This document shows, in pieces, positions 41,001-56,000 of a stretch of DNA of 64,000 bases; the first letter of the stretch is position 1; each line of letters opens with the position of its first letter. Both the position numbers and the translations under genes were made by a program. The notes under the pieces were generated by a model that was given only the letters and a program-made list of their open reading frames with translations, ran no database searches and was not told where the DNA came from. The DNA lies in NCBI GenBank assembly GCA_964057225.1, contig CAXKVF010000101.1, positions 7,218-71,217 of the forward strand, given 5' to 3'. This DNA is from Auanema rhodensis (Eukaryota > Animalia > Nematoda).

Positions 41001-44000
41001 CCCCATGTCCATATTAGTCTAAAAACAAATTTTTATTGATATTGGTTCATGGTAACCATGACTTTGAATTTTACGTGAACTTTAATTTATGCTAATTAAA
41101 TGTACACGTGATGTGCACTTGGTATGTAACTCGCTTCACGTGAAAGATAAAGAGATGCGGTTTTCAAAATTAGATTCCCCATGTCCATATTAGTCTAAAA
41201 ACAAATTTTTATTGATATTGGTGCATGGTAACCATGACTTTGAAATTTACGTGAACTTTAATTTATGCTAATTAAATGTACACGTGATGTGCACTTGGTA
41301 TGTAACTCGCTTCACGTGAAAGATAAAGAGATGCGGTTTTTAAAATTAGATTCCCCATGTCCATATTAGTCTAAAAACAAATTTTTATTGATATTGGTTC
41401 ATGGTAACCATGACTTTGAATTTTACGTGAACTTTAATTTATGCTAATTAAATGTACACGTGATGTGCACTTGGTATGTAACTCGCTTCACGTGAAAGAT
41501 AAAGAGATGCGGTTTTCAAAATTAGATTCCCCATGTCCATATTAGTCTAAAAACAAATTTTTATTGATATTGGTGCATGGTAACCATGACTTTGAAATTT
41601 ACGTGAACTTTAATTTATGCTAATTAAATGTACACGTGACGTGCACTTGGTATGTAACTCGCTTCACGTGAAAGATAAAGAGATGCGGTTTTCAAAATTA
41701 GATTCCCCATGTCCATATTAGTCTAAAAACAAATTTTTATTGATATTGGTGCATGGTAACCATGACTTTGAAATTTACGTGAACTTTAATTTATGCTAAT
41801 TAAATGTACACGTGATGTGCACTTGGTATGTAACTCGCTTCACGTGAAAGATAAAGAGATGCGGTTTTCAAAATTAGATTCCCCATGTCCATATTAGTCT
41901 AAAAACAAATTTTTATTGATATTGGTTCATGGTAACCATGACTTTGAAATTTACGTGAACTTTAATTTATGCTAATTAAATGTACACGTGATGTGCACTT
42001 GGTATGTAACTCGCTTCACGTGAAAGATAAAGAGATGCGGTTTTCAAAAGTAGATTCCCCATGTCCATATTAGTCTAAAAACAAATTTTTATTGATATTG
42101 GTTCATGGTAACCATGACTTTGAAATTTACGTGAACTTTAATTTATGCTAATTAAATGTACACGTGATGTGCACTTGGTATGTAACTCGCTTCACGTGAA
42201 AGATAAAGAGATGCGGTTTTCAAAATTAGATTCACCATGTCCATATTAGTCTAAAAACAAATTTTTATTGATATTGGTTCATGGTAACCATGACTTTGAA
42301 TTTAACGTGAACTTTAATTTATGCTAATTAAATGTACACGTGATGTGCACTTGGTATGTAACTCGCTTCACGTGAAAGATAAAGAGATGCGGTTTTCAAA
42401 ATTAGATTCCCCATGTCCATATTAGTCTAAAAACAAATTTTTATTGATATTGGTGCATGGTAACCATGACTTTGAAATTTACGTGAACTTTAATTTATGC
42501 TAATTAAATGTACACGTGATGTGCACTTGGTATGTAACTCGCTTCACGTGAAAGATAAAGAGATGCGGTTTTTAAAATTAGATTCCCCATGTCCATATTA
42601 GTCTAAAAACAAATTTTTATTGATATTGGTTCATGGTAACCATGACTTTGAATTTTACGTGAACTTTAATTTATGCTAATTAAATGTACACGTGATGTGC
42701 ACTTGGTATGTAACTCGCTTCACGTGAAAGATAAAGAGATGCGGTTTTCAAAATTAGATTCCCCATGTCCATATTAGTCTAAAAACAAATTTTTATTGAT
42801 ATTGGTGCATGGTAACCATGACTTTGAAATTTACGTGAACTTTAATTTATGCTAATTAAATGTACACGTGATGTGCACTTGGTATGTAACTCGCTTCACG
42901 TGAAAGATAAAGAGATGCGGTTTTTAAAATTAGATTCCCCATGTCCATATTAGTCTAAAAACAAATTTTTATTGATATTGGTTCATGGTAACCATGACTT
43001 TGAATTTTACGTGAACTTTAATTTATGCTAATTAAATGTACACGTGATGTGCACTTGGTATGTAACTCGCTTCACGTGAAAGATAAAGAGATGCGGTTTT
43101 CAAAATTAGATTCCCCATGTCCATATTAGTCTAAAAACAAATTTTTATTGATATTGGTGCATGGTAACCATGACTTTGAAATTTACGTGAACTTTAATTT
43201 ATGCTAATTAAATGTACACGTGATGTGCACTTGGTATGTAACTCGCTTCACGTGAAAGATAAAGAGATGCGGTTTTCAAAATTAGATTCCCCATGTCCAT
43301 ATTAGTCTAAAAACAAATTTTTATTGATATTGGTGCATGGTAACCATGACTTTGAAATTTACGTGAACTTTAATTTATGCTAATTAAATGTACACGTGAT
43401 GTGCACTTGGTATGTAACTCGCTTCACGTGAAAGATGAAGAGATGCGGTTTTCAAAATTAGATTCCCCATGTCCATATTAGTCTAAAAACAAATTTTTAT
43501 TGCTATTGGTTCATGGTAACCATGACTTTGAAATTTACGTGAACTTTAATTTATGCTAATTAAATGTACACGTGATGTGCACTTGGTATGTAACTCGCTT
43601 CACGTGAAAGATAAAGAGATGCGGTTTTCAAAATTAGATTCCCCATGTCCATATTAGTCTAAAAACAAATTTTTATTGATATTGGTTCATGGTAACCATG
43701 ACTTTGAAATTTACGTGAACTTTAATTTATGCTAATTAAATGTACACGTGATGTGCACTTGGTATGTAACTCGCTTCACGTGAAAGATAAAGAGATGCGG
43801 TTTTCAAAATTAGATTCACCATGTCCATATTAGTCTAAAAACAAATTTTTATTGATATTGGTTCATGGTAACCATGACTTTGAAATTTACGTGAACTTTA
43901 ATTTATGCTAATTAAATGTACACGTGATGTGCACTTGGTATGTAACTCGCTTCACGTGAAAGATAAAGAGATGCGGTTTTCAAAATTAGATTCCTCATGT

Positions 44001-47000
44001 CCATATTAGTCTAAAAACAAATTTTTATTGATATTGGTGCATGGTAACCATGACTTTGAAATTTACGTGAACTTTAATTTATGCTAATTAAATGTACACG
44101 TGATGTGCACTTGGTATGTAACTCGCTTCACGTGAAAGATAGAGAGATGCGGTTTTCAAAATTAGATTCCCCATGTCCATATTAGTCTAAAAACAAATTT
44201 TTATTGATATTGGTTCATGGTAACCATGACTTTGAAATTTACGTGAACTTTAATTTATGCTAATTAAATGTACACGTGATGTGCACTTGGTATGTAACTC
44301 GCTTCACGTGAAAGATAAAGAGATGCGGTTTTCAAAATTAGATTCCCCATGTCCATATTATTCTAAAAACAAATTTTTATTGATATTGGTTCATGGTAAC
44401 CATGACTTTGAAATTTACGTGAACTTTAATTTATGCTAATTAAATGTACACGTGATGTGCACTTGGTATGTAACTCGCTTCACGTGAAAGATAAAGAGAT
44501 GCGGTTTTCAAAATTAGATTCCCCATGTCCATATTATTCTAAAAACAAATTTTTATTGATATTGGTGCATGGTAACCATGACTTTGAAATTTACGTGAAC
44601 TTTAATTTATGCTAATTAAATGTACACGTGATGTGCACTTGGTATGTAACTCGCTTCACGTGAAAGATAAAGAGATGCGGTTTTCAAAATTAGATTCCCC
44701 ATGTCCATATTAGTCTAAAAACAAATTTTTATTGATATTGGTGCATGGTAACCATGACTTTGAAATTTACGTGAACTTTAATTTATGCTAATTAAATGTA
44801 CACGTGATGTGCACTTGGTATGTAACTCGCTTCACGTGAAAGATGAAGAGATGCGGTTTTCAAAATTAGATTCCCCATGTCCATATTAGTCTAAAAACAA
44901 ATTTTTATTGCTATTGGTTCATGGTAACCATGACTTTGAAATTTACGTGAACTTTAATTTATGCTAATTAAATGTACACGTGATGTGCACTTGGTATGTA
45001 ACTCGCTTCACGTGAAAGATGAAGAGATGCGGTTTTCAAAATTAGATTCCCCATGTCCATATTAGTCTAAAAACAAATTTTTATTGCTATTGGTTCATGG
45101 TAACCATGACTTTGAAATTTACGTGAACTTTAATTTATGCTAATTAAATGTACACGTGATGTGCACTTGGTATGTAACTCGCTTCACGTGAAAGATAAAG
45201 AGATGCGGTTTTCAAAATTAGATTCCCCATGTCCATATTAGTCTAAAAACAAATTTTTATTGATATTGGTTCATGGTAACCATGACTTTGAAATTTACGT
45301 GAACTTTAATTTATGCTAATTAAATGTACACGTGATGTGCACTTGGTATGTAACTCGCTTCACGTGAAAGATAAAGAGATGCGGTTTTCAAAATTAGATT
45401 CACCATGTCCATATTAGTCTAAAAACAAATTTTTATTGATATTGGTTCATGGTAACCATGACTTTGAAATTTACGTGAACTTTAATTTATGCTAATTAAA
45501 TGTACACGTGATGTGCACTTGGTATGTAACTCGCTTCACGTGAAAGATAAAGAGATGCGGTTTTCAAAATTAGATTCCCCATGTCCATATTAGTCTAAAA
45601 ACAAATTTTTATTGATATTGGTGCATGGTAACCATGACTTTGAAATTTACGTGAACTTTAATTTATGCTAATTAAATGTACACGTGATGTGCACTTGGTA
45701 TGTAACTCGCTTCACGTGAAAGATAAAGAGATGCGGTTTTCAAAATTAGATTCCCCATGTCCATATTAGTCTAAAAACAAATTTTTATTGATATTGGTTC
45801 ATGGTAACCATGACTTTGAAATTTACGTGAACTTTAATTTATGCTAATTAAATGTACACGTGATGTGCACTTGGTATGTAACTCGCTTCACGTGAAAGAT
45901 AAAGAGATGCGGTTTTCAAAATTAGATTCCCCATGTCCATATTATTCTAAAAACAAATTTTTATTGATATTGGTTCATGGTAACCATGACTTTGAAATTT
46001 ACGTGAACTTTAATTTATGCTAATTAAATGCACACGTGATGTGCACTTGGTATGTAACTCGCTTCACGTGAAAGATAAAGAGATGCGGTTTTCAAAGTTA
46101 GATTCCCCATGTCCATATTAGTCTAAAAACAAATTTTTATTGATATTGGTTCATGGTAACCATGACTTTGAAATTTACGTGAACTTTAATTTATGCTAAT
46201 TAAATGTACACGTGATGTGCACTTGGTATGTAACTCGCTTCACGTGAAAGATAAAGAGATGCGGTTTTCACAATTAGATTCCCCATGTCCATATTAGTCT
46301 AAAAACAAATTTTTATTGATATTGGTGCATGGTAACCATGACTTTGAAATTTACGTGAACTTTAATTTATGCTAATTAAATGTACACGTGATGTGCACTT
46401 GGTATGTAACTCGCTTCACGTGAAAGATAAAGAGATGCGGTTTTCAAAATTAGATTCCCCATATCCATATTAGTCTAAAAACAAATTTTTATTGATATTG
46501 GTTCATGGTAACCATGACTTTGAAATTTACGTGAACTTTAATTTATGCTAATTAAATGTACACGTGATGTGCACTTGGTATGTAACTCGCTTCACGTGAA
46601 AGATAAAGAGATGCGGTTTTCAAAATTAGATTCCCCATGTCCATATTAGTCTAAAAACAAATTTTTATTGATATTGGTTCATGGTAACCATGACTTTGAA
46701 ATTTACGTGAACTTTAATTTATGCTAATTAAATGTACACGTGATGTGCACTTGGTATGTAACTCGCTTCACGTGAAAGATAAAGAGATGCGGTTTTCAAA
46801 ATTAGATTCCCCATGTCCGTATTAGTCTAAAAACAAATTTTTATTGATATTGGTTCATGGTAACCATGACTTTGAAATTTACGTGAACTTTAATTTATGC
46901 TAATTAAATGTACACGTGATGTGCACTTGGTATGTAACTCGCTTCACGTGAAAGATAAAGAGATGCGGTTTTCAAAATTAGATTCACCATGTCCATATTA

Positions 47001-50000
47001 GTCTAAAAACAAATTTTTATTGATATTGGTTCATGGTAACCATGACTTTGAAATTTACGTGAACTTTAATTTATGCTAATTAAATGTACACGTGATGTGC
47101 ACTTGGTATGTAACTCGCTTCACGTGAAAGATAAAGAGATGCGGTTTTCAAAATTAGATTCCCCATGTCCATATTAGTCTAAAAACAACTTTTTATTGAT
47201 ATTGGTTCATGGTAACCATGACTTTGAATTTTACGTGAACTTTAATTTATGCTAATTAAATGTACACGTGATGTGCACTTGGTATGTAACTCGCTTCACG
47301 TAAAAGATAAAGAGATGCGGTTTTCAAAATTAGATTCACCATGTCCATATTAGTCTAAAAACAAATTTTTATTGATATTGGTTCATGGTAACCATGACTT
47401 TGAATTTAACGTGAACTTTAATTTATGCTAATTAAATGTACACGTGATGTGCACTTGGTATGTAACTCGCTTCACGTGAAAGATAAAGAGATGCGGTTTT
47501 TAAAATTAGATTTCCCATGTCCATATTAGTCTAAAAACAAATTTTTATTGATATTGGTGCATGGTAACCATGACTTTGAAATTTACGTGAACTTTAATTT
47601 ATGCTAATTAAATGTACACGTGATGTGCACTTGGTATGTAACTCGCTTCACGTGAAAGATAAAAAGATGCGGTTTTCAAAATTAGATTCCCCATGTCCAT
47701 ATTAGTCTAAAAACAAATTTTTATTGATATTGGTGCATGGTAACCATGACTTTGAAATTTACGTGAACTTTAATTTATGCTAATTAAATGTACACGTGAT
47801 GTGCACTTGGTATGTAACTCGCTTCACGTGAAAGATAAAGAGATGCGGTTTTCAAAATTAGATTCCCCATGTCCATATTAGTCTAAAAACAAATTTTTAT
47901 TGATATTGGTTCATGGTAACCATGACTTTGAAATTTACGTGAACTTTAATTTATGCTAATTAAATGTACACGTGATGTGCACTTGGTATGTAACTCGCTT
48001 CACGTGAAAGATAAAGAGATGCGGTTTTCAAAATTAGATTCACCATGTCCATATTAGTCTAAAAACAAATTTTTATTGATATTGGTTCATGGTAACCATG
48101 ACTTTGAATTTAACGTGAACTTTAATTTATGCTAATTAAATGTACACGTGATGTGCACTTGGTATGTAACTCGCTTCACGTGAAAGATAAAGAGATGCGG
48201 TTTTCAAAATTAGATTCCCCATGTCCATATTAGTCTAAAAACAAATTTTTATTGATATTGGTGCATGGTAACCATGACTTTGAAATTTACGTGAACTTTA
48301 ATTTATGCTAATTAAATGTACACGTGATGTGCACTTGGTATGTAACTCGCTTCACGTGAAAGATAAAGAGATGCGGTTTTCAAAATTAGATTCCCCATGT
48401 CCATATTAGTCTAAAAACAAATTTTTATTGATATTGGTTCATGGTAACCATGACTTTGAAATTTACGTGAACTTTAATTTATGCTAATTAAATGTACACG
48501 TGATGTGCACTTGGTATGTAACTCGCTTCACGTGAAAGATAAAGAGATGCGGTTTTCAAAATTAGATTCACCATGTCCATATTAGTCTAAAAACAAATTT
48601 TTATTGATATTGGTTCATGGTAACCATGACTTTGAATTTAACGTGAACTTTAATTTAAGCTAATTAAATGTACACGTGATGTGCACTTGGTATGTAACTT
48701 GCTTCACGTGAAAGATAAAGAGATGCGGTTTTCAAAATTAGATTCCCCATGTCCATATTAGTCTAAAAACAAATTTTTATTGATATTGGTGCATGGTAAC
48801 CATGACTTTGAAATTTACGTGAACTTTAATTTATGCTAATTAAATGTACACGTGATGTGCACTTGGTATGTAACTCGCTTCACGTGAAAGATAAAGAGAT
48901 GCGGTTTTCAAAATTAGATTCCCCATGTCCATATTAGTCTAAAAACAAATTTTTATTGATATTGGTTCATGGTAACCATGACTTTGAAATTTACGTGAAC
49001 TTTAATTTATGCTAATTAAATGTACACGTGATGTGCACTTGGTATGTAACTCGCTTCACGTGAAAGATAAAGAGATGCGGTTTTCAAAATTAGATTCCCC
49101 ATGTCCATATTAGTCTAAAAACAAATTTTTATTGATATTGGTTCATGGTAACCATGACTTTGAAATTTACGTGAACTTTAATTTATGCTAATTAAATGTA
49201 CACGTGATGTGCACTTGGTATGTAACTCGCTTCACGTGAAAGATAAAGAGATGCGGTTTTCAAAATTAGATTCACCATGTCCATATTAGTCTAAAAACAA
49301 ATTTTTATTGATATTGGTTCATGGTAACCATGACTTTGAATTTAACGTGAACTTTAATTTAAGCTAATTAAATGTACACGTGATGTGCACTTGGTATGTA
49401 ACTCGCTTCACGTGAAAGATAAAGAGATGCGGTTTTCAAAATTAGATTCCCCATGTCCATATTAGTCTAAAAACAAATTTTTATTGATATTGGTGCATGG
49501 TAACCATGACTTTGAAATTTACGTGAACTTTAATTTATGCTAATTAAATGTACACGTGATGTGCACTTGGTATGTAACTCGCTTCACGTGAAAGATAAAG
49601 AGATGCGGTTTTCAAAATTAGATTCCCCATGTCCATATTAGTCTAAAAACAAATTTTTATTGATATTGGTTCATGGTAACCATGACTTTGAAATTTACGT
49701 GAACTTTAATTTATGCTAATTAAATGTACACGTGATGTGCACTTGGTATGTAACTCGCTTCACGTGAAAGATAAAGAGATGCGGTTTTTAAAATTAGATT
49801 CCCCATGTCCATATTAGTCTAAAAACAAATTTTTATTGATATTGGTGCATGGTAACCATGACTTTGAAATTTACGTGAACTTTAATTTATGCTAATTAAA
49901 TGTACACGTGATGTGCACTTGGTATGTAACTCGCTTCACGTGAAAGATAAAAAGATGCGGTTTTCAAAATTAGATTCCCCATGTCCATATTAGTCTAAAA

Positions 50001-53000
50001 ACAAATTTTTATTGATATTGGTGCATGGTAACCATGACTTTGAAATTTACGTGAACTTTAATTTATGCTAATTAAATGTACACGTGATGTGCACTTGGTA
50101 TGTAACTCGCTTCACGTGAAAGATAAAAAGATGCGGTTTTCAAAATTAGATTCCCCATGTCCATATTAGTCTAAAAACAAATTTTTATTGATATTGGTGC
50201 ATGGTAACCATGACTTTGAAATTTACGTGAACTTTAATTTATGCTAATTAAATGTACACGTGATGTGCACTTGGTATGTAACTCGCTTCACGTGAAAGAT
50301 AAAGAGATGCGGTTTTCAAAATTAGATTCCCCATGTCCATATTAGTCTAAAAACAAATTTTTATTGATATTGGTGCATGGTAACCATGACTTTGAAATTT
50401 ACGTGAACTTTAATTTATGCTAATTAAATGTACACGTGATGTGCACTTGGTATGTAACTCGCTTCACGTGAAAGATGAAGAGATGCGGTTTTCAAAATTA
50501 GATTCCCCATGTCCATATTAGTCTAAAAACAAATTTTTATTGATATTGGTTCATGGTAACCATGACTTTGAAATTTACGTGAACTTTAATTTATGCTAAT
50601 TAAGTGTACACGTGATGTGCACTTGGTATGTAACTCGCTTCACGTGAAAGATAAAGAGATGCGGTTTTCAAAATTAGATTCCCCATGTCCATATTAGTCT
50701 AAAAACAAATTTTTATTGATATTGGTGCATGGTAACCATGACTTTGAAATTTACGTGAACTTTAATTTATGCTAATTAAATGTACACGTGATGTGCACTT
50801 GGTATGTAACTCGCTTCACGTGAAAGATAAAGAGATGCGGTTTTCAAAATTAGATTCCCCATGTCCATATTAGTCTAAAAACAAATTTTTATTGATATTG
50901 GTTCATGGTAACCATGACTCTCAAATTTACGTGAACTTTAATTTATGCTAATTAAATGTACACGTGATGTGCACTTGGTATGTAACTCGCTTCACGTGAA
51001 AGATAAAGAGATGCGGTTTTCAAAATTAGATTCCCCATGTCCATATTAGTCTAAAAACAAATTTTTATTGATATTGGTTCATGGTAACCATGACTTTGAA
51101 ATTTACGTGAACTTTAATTTATGCTAATTAAATGTACACGTGATGTGCACTTGGTATGTAACTCGCTTCACGTGAAAGATAAAGAGATGCGGTTTTCAAA
51201 ATTAGATTCCCCATGTCCATATTAGTCTAAAAACAAATTTTTATTGATATTGGTTCATGGTAACCATGACTTTGAAATTTACGTGAACTTTAATTTATGC
51301 TAATTAAATGTACACGTGATGTGCACTTGGTATGTAACTCGCTTCACGTGAAAGATAAAGAGATGCGGTTTTCAAAATTAGATTCACCATGTCCATATTA
51401 GTCTAAAAACAAATTTTTATTGATATTGGTTCATGGTAACCATGACTTTGAAATTTACGTGAACTTTAATTTATGCTAATTAAATGTACACGTGATGTGC
51501 ACTTGGTATGTAACTCGCTTCACGTGAAAGATAAAGAGATGCGGTTTTCAAAATTAGATTCCCCATGTCCATATTAGTCTAAAAACAAATTTTTATTGAT
51601 ATTGGTTCATGGTAACCATGACTTTGAATTTTACGTGAACTTTAATTTATGCTAATTAAATGTACACGTGATGTGCACTTGGTATGTAACTCGCTTCACG
51701 TGAAAGATAAAGAGATGCGGTTTTCAAAATTAGATTCCCCATGTCCATATTAGTCTAAAAACAAATTTTTATTGATATTGGTGCATGGTAACCATGACTT
51801 TGAAATTTACGTGAACTTTAATTTATGCTAATTAAATGTACACGTGATGTGCACTTGGTATGTAACTCGCTTCACGTGAAAGATAAAGAGATGCGGTTTT
51901 CAAAATTAGATTCCCCATGTCCATATTAGTCTAAAAACAAATTTTTATTGATATTGGTTCATGGTAACCATGACTTTGAAATTTACGTGAACTTTAATTT
52001 ATGCTAATTAAATGTACACGTGATGTGCACTTGGTATGTAACTCGCTTCACGTGAAAGATAAAGAGATGCGGTTTTTAAAATTAGATTCCCGATGTCCAT
52101 ATTAGTCTAAAAACAAATTTTTATTGATATTGGTGCATGGTAACCATGACTTTGAAATTTACGTGAACTTTAATTTATGCTAATTAAATGTACACGTGAT
52201 GTGCACTTGGTATGTAACTCGCTTCACGTGAAAGATAAAAAGATGCGGTTTTCAAAATTAGATTCCCCATGTCCATATTAGTCTAAAAACAAATTTTTAT
52301 TGATATTGGTGCATGGTAACCATGACTTTGAAATTTACGTGAACTTTAATTTATGCTAATTAAATGTACACGTGATGTGCACTTGGTATGTAACTCGCTT
52401 CACGTGAAAGATAAAGAGATGCGGTTTTCAAAATTAGATTCCCCATGTCCATATTAGTCTAAAAACAAATTTTTATTGATATTGGTTCATGGTAACCATG
52501 ACTTTGAAATTTACGTGAACTTTAATTTATGCTAATTAAATGTACACGTGATGTGCACTTGGTATGTAACTCGCTTCACGTGAAAGACAAAGAGATGCGG
52601 TTTTCAAAATTAGATTCACCATGTCCATATTAGTCTAAAAACAAATTTTTATTGATATTGGTTCATGGTAACCATGACTTTGAATTTAACGTGAACTTTA
52701 ATTTATGCTAATTAAATGTACACGTGATGTGCACTTGGTATGTAACTCGCTTCACGTGAAAGATAAAGAGATGCGGTTTTCAAAATTAGATTCCCCATGT
52801 CCATATTAGTCTAAAAACAAATTTTTATTGATATTGGTGCATGGTAACCATGACTTTGAAATTTACGTGAACTTTAATTTATGCTAATTAAATGTACACG
52901 TGATGTGCACTTGGTATGTAACTCGCTTCACGTGAAAGATAAAGAGATGCGGTTTTCAAAATTAGATTCCCCATGTCCATATTAGTCTAAAAACAAATTT

Positions 53001-56000
53001 TTATTGATATTGGTTCATGGTAACCATGACTTTGAAATTTACGTGAACTTTAATTTATGCTAATTAAATGTACACGTGATGTGCACTTGGTATGTAACTC
53101 GCTTCACGTGAAAGATAAAGAGATGCGGTTTTCAAAATTAGATTCACCATGTCCATATTAGTCTAAAAACAAATTTTTATTGATATTGGTTCATGGTAAC
53201 CATGACTTTGAATTTAACGTGAACTTTAATTTAAGCTAATTAAATGTACACGTGATGTGCACTTGGTATGTAACTCGCTTCACGTGAAAGATAAAGAGAT
53301 GCGGTTTTCAAAATTAGATTCCCCATGTCCATATTAGTCTAAAAACAAATTTTTATTGATATTGCTTCATGGTAACCATGACTTTGAAATTTACGTGAAC
53401 TTTAATTTATGCTAATTAAATGTACACGTGATGTGCACTTGGTATGTAACTCGCTTCACGTGAAAGATAAAGAGATGCGGTTTTCAAAATTAGATTCCCC
53501 ATGTCCATATTAGTCTAAAAACAAATTTTTATTGATATTGGTTCATGGTAACCATGACTTTGAAATTTACGTGAACTTTAATTTATGCTAATTAAATGTA
53601 CACGTGATGTGCACTTGGTATGTAACTCGCTTCACGTGAAAGATAAAGAGATGCGGTTTTCAAAATTAGATACCCCATGTCCATATTAGTCTAAAAACAA
53701 ATTTTTATTGATATTGGTTCATGGTAACCATGACTTTGAAATTTACGTGAACTTTAATTTATGCTAATTAAATGTACACGTGATGTGCACTTGGTATGTA
53801 ACTCGCTTCACGTGAGAGATAAAGAGATGCGGTTTTCAAAATTAGATTCCCCATGTCCATAGTAGTCTAAAAACAAATTTTTATTGATATTGGTGCATGG
53901 TAACCATGACTTTGAAATTTACGTGAACTTTAATTTATGCTAATTAAATGTACACGTGATGTGCACTTGGTATGTAACTCGCTTCACGTGAAAGATAAAG
54001 AGATGCGGTTTTCAAAATTAGATTCACCATGTCCATATTAGTCTAAAAACAAATTTTTATTGATATTGGTTCATGGTAACCATGACTTTGAATTTAACGT
54101 GAACTTTAATTTAAGCTAATTAAATGTACACGTGATGTGCACTTGGTATGTAACTTGCTTCACGTGAAAGATAAAGAGATGCGGTTTTCAAAATTAGATT
54201 CCCCATGTCCATATTAGTCTAAAAACAAATTTTTATTGATATTGGTTCATGGTAACCATGACTTTGAAATTTACGTGAACTTTAATTTATGCTAATTAAA
54301 TGTACACGTGATGTGCACTTGGTATGTAACTCGCTTCACGTGAAAGATAAAGAGATGCGGTTTTCAAAATTAGATACCCCATGTCCATATTAGTCTAAAA
54401 ACAAATTTTTATTGATATTGGTTCATGGTAACCATGACTTTGAAATTTACGTGAACTTTAATTTATGCTAATTAAATGTACACGTGATGTGCACTTGGTA
54501 TGTAACTCGCTTCACGTGAAAGATAAAGAGATGCGGTTTTCAAAATTAGATTCACCATGTCCATATTAGTCTAAAAACAAATTTTTATTGATATTGGTTC
54601 ATGGTAACCATGACTTTGAAATTTACGTGAACTTTAATTTATGCTAATTAAATGTACACGTGATGTGCACTTGGTATGTAACTCGCTTCACGTGAAAGAT
54701 AAAGAGATGCGGTTTTCAAAATTAGATTCCCCATGTCCATATTAGTCTAAAAACAAATTTTTATTGATATTGGTTCATGGTAACCATGACTTTGAATTTT
54801 ACGTGAACTTTAATTTATGCTAATTAAATGTACACGTGATGTGCACTTGGTATGTAACTCGCTTCACGTGAAAGATAAAGAGATGCGGTTTTCAAAATTA
54901 GATTCCCCATGTCCATATTAGTCTAAAAACAAATTTTTATTGATATTGGTGCATGGTAACCATGACTTTGAAATTTACGTGAACTTTAATTTATGCTAAT
55001 TAAATGTACACGTGATGTGCACTTGGTATGTAACTCGCTTCACGTGAAAGATAAAGAGATGCGGTTTTCAAAATTAGATTCCCCATGTCCATATTAGTCT
55101 AAAAACAAATTTTTATTGATATTGGTTCATGGTAACCATGACTTTGAAATTTACGTGAACTTTAATTTATGCTAATTAAATGTACACGTGATGTGCACTT
55201 GGTATGTAACTCGCTTCACGTGAAAGATAAAGAGATGCGGTTTTTAAAATTAGATTCCCGATGTCCATATTAGTCTAAAAACAAATTTTTATTGATATTG
55301 GTGCATGGTAACCATGACTTTGAAATTTACGTGAACTTTAATTTATGCTAATTAAATGTACACGTGATGTGCACTTGGTATGTAACTCGCTTCACGTGAA
55401 AGATAAAAAGATGCGGTTTTCAAAATTAGATTCCCCATGTCCATATTAGTCTAAAAACAAATTTTTATTGATATTGGTGCATGGTAACCATGACTTTGAA
55501 ATTTACGTGAACTTTAATTTATGCTAATTAAATGTACACGTGATGTGCACTTGGTATGTAACTCGCTTCACGTGAAAGATAAAGAGATGCGGTTTTCAAA
55601 ATTAGATTCCCCATGTCCATATTAGTCTAAAAACAAATTTTTATTGATATTGGTTCATGGTAACCATGACTTTGAAATTTACGTGAACTTTAATTTATGC
55701 TAATTAAATGTACACGTGATGTGCACTTGGTATGTAACTCGCTTCACGTGAAAGACAAAGAGATGCGGTTTTCAAAATTAGATTCACCATGTCCATATTA
55801 GTCTAAAAACAAATTTTTATTGATATTGGTTCATGGTAACCATGACTTTGAATTTAACGTGAACTTTAATTTATGCTAATTAAATGTACACGTGATGTGC
55901 ACTTGGTATGTAACTCGCTTCACGTGAAAGATAAAGAGATGCGGTTTTCAAAATTAGATTCCCCATGTCCATATTAGTCTAAAAACAAATTTTTATTGAT

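Noticed and set aside
44257-46023. Three 60-aa ORFs from the ORF track as real CDS
   Set aside because: They are satellite monomers in which a G>T SNP removes a TAG. There is no gene context or recognisable domain, and the other ~360 copies keep the stop.
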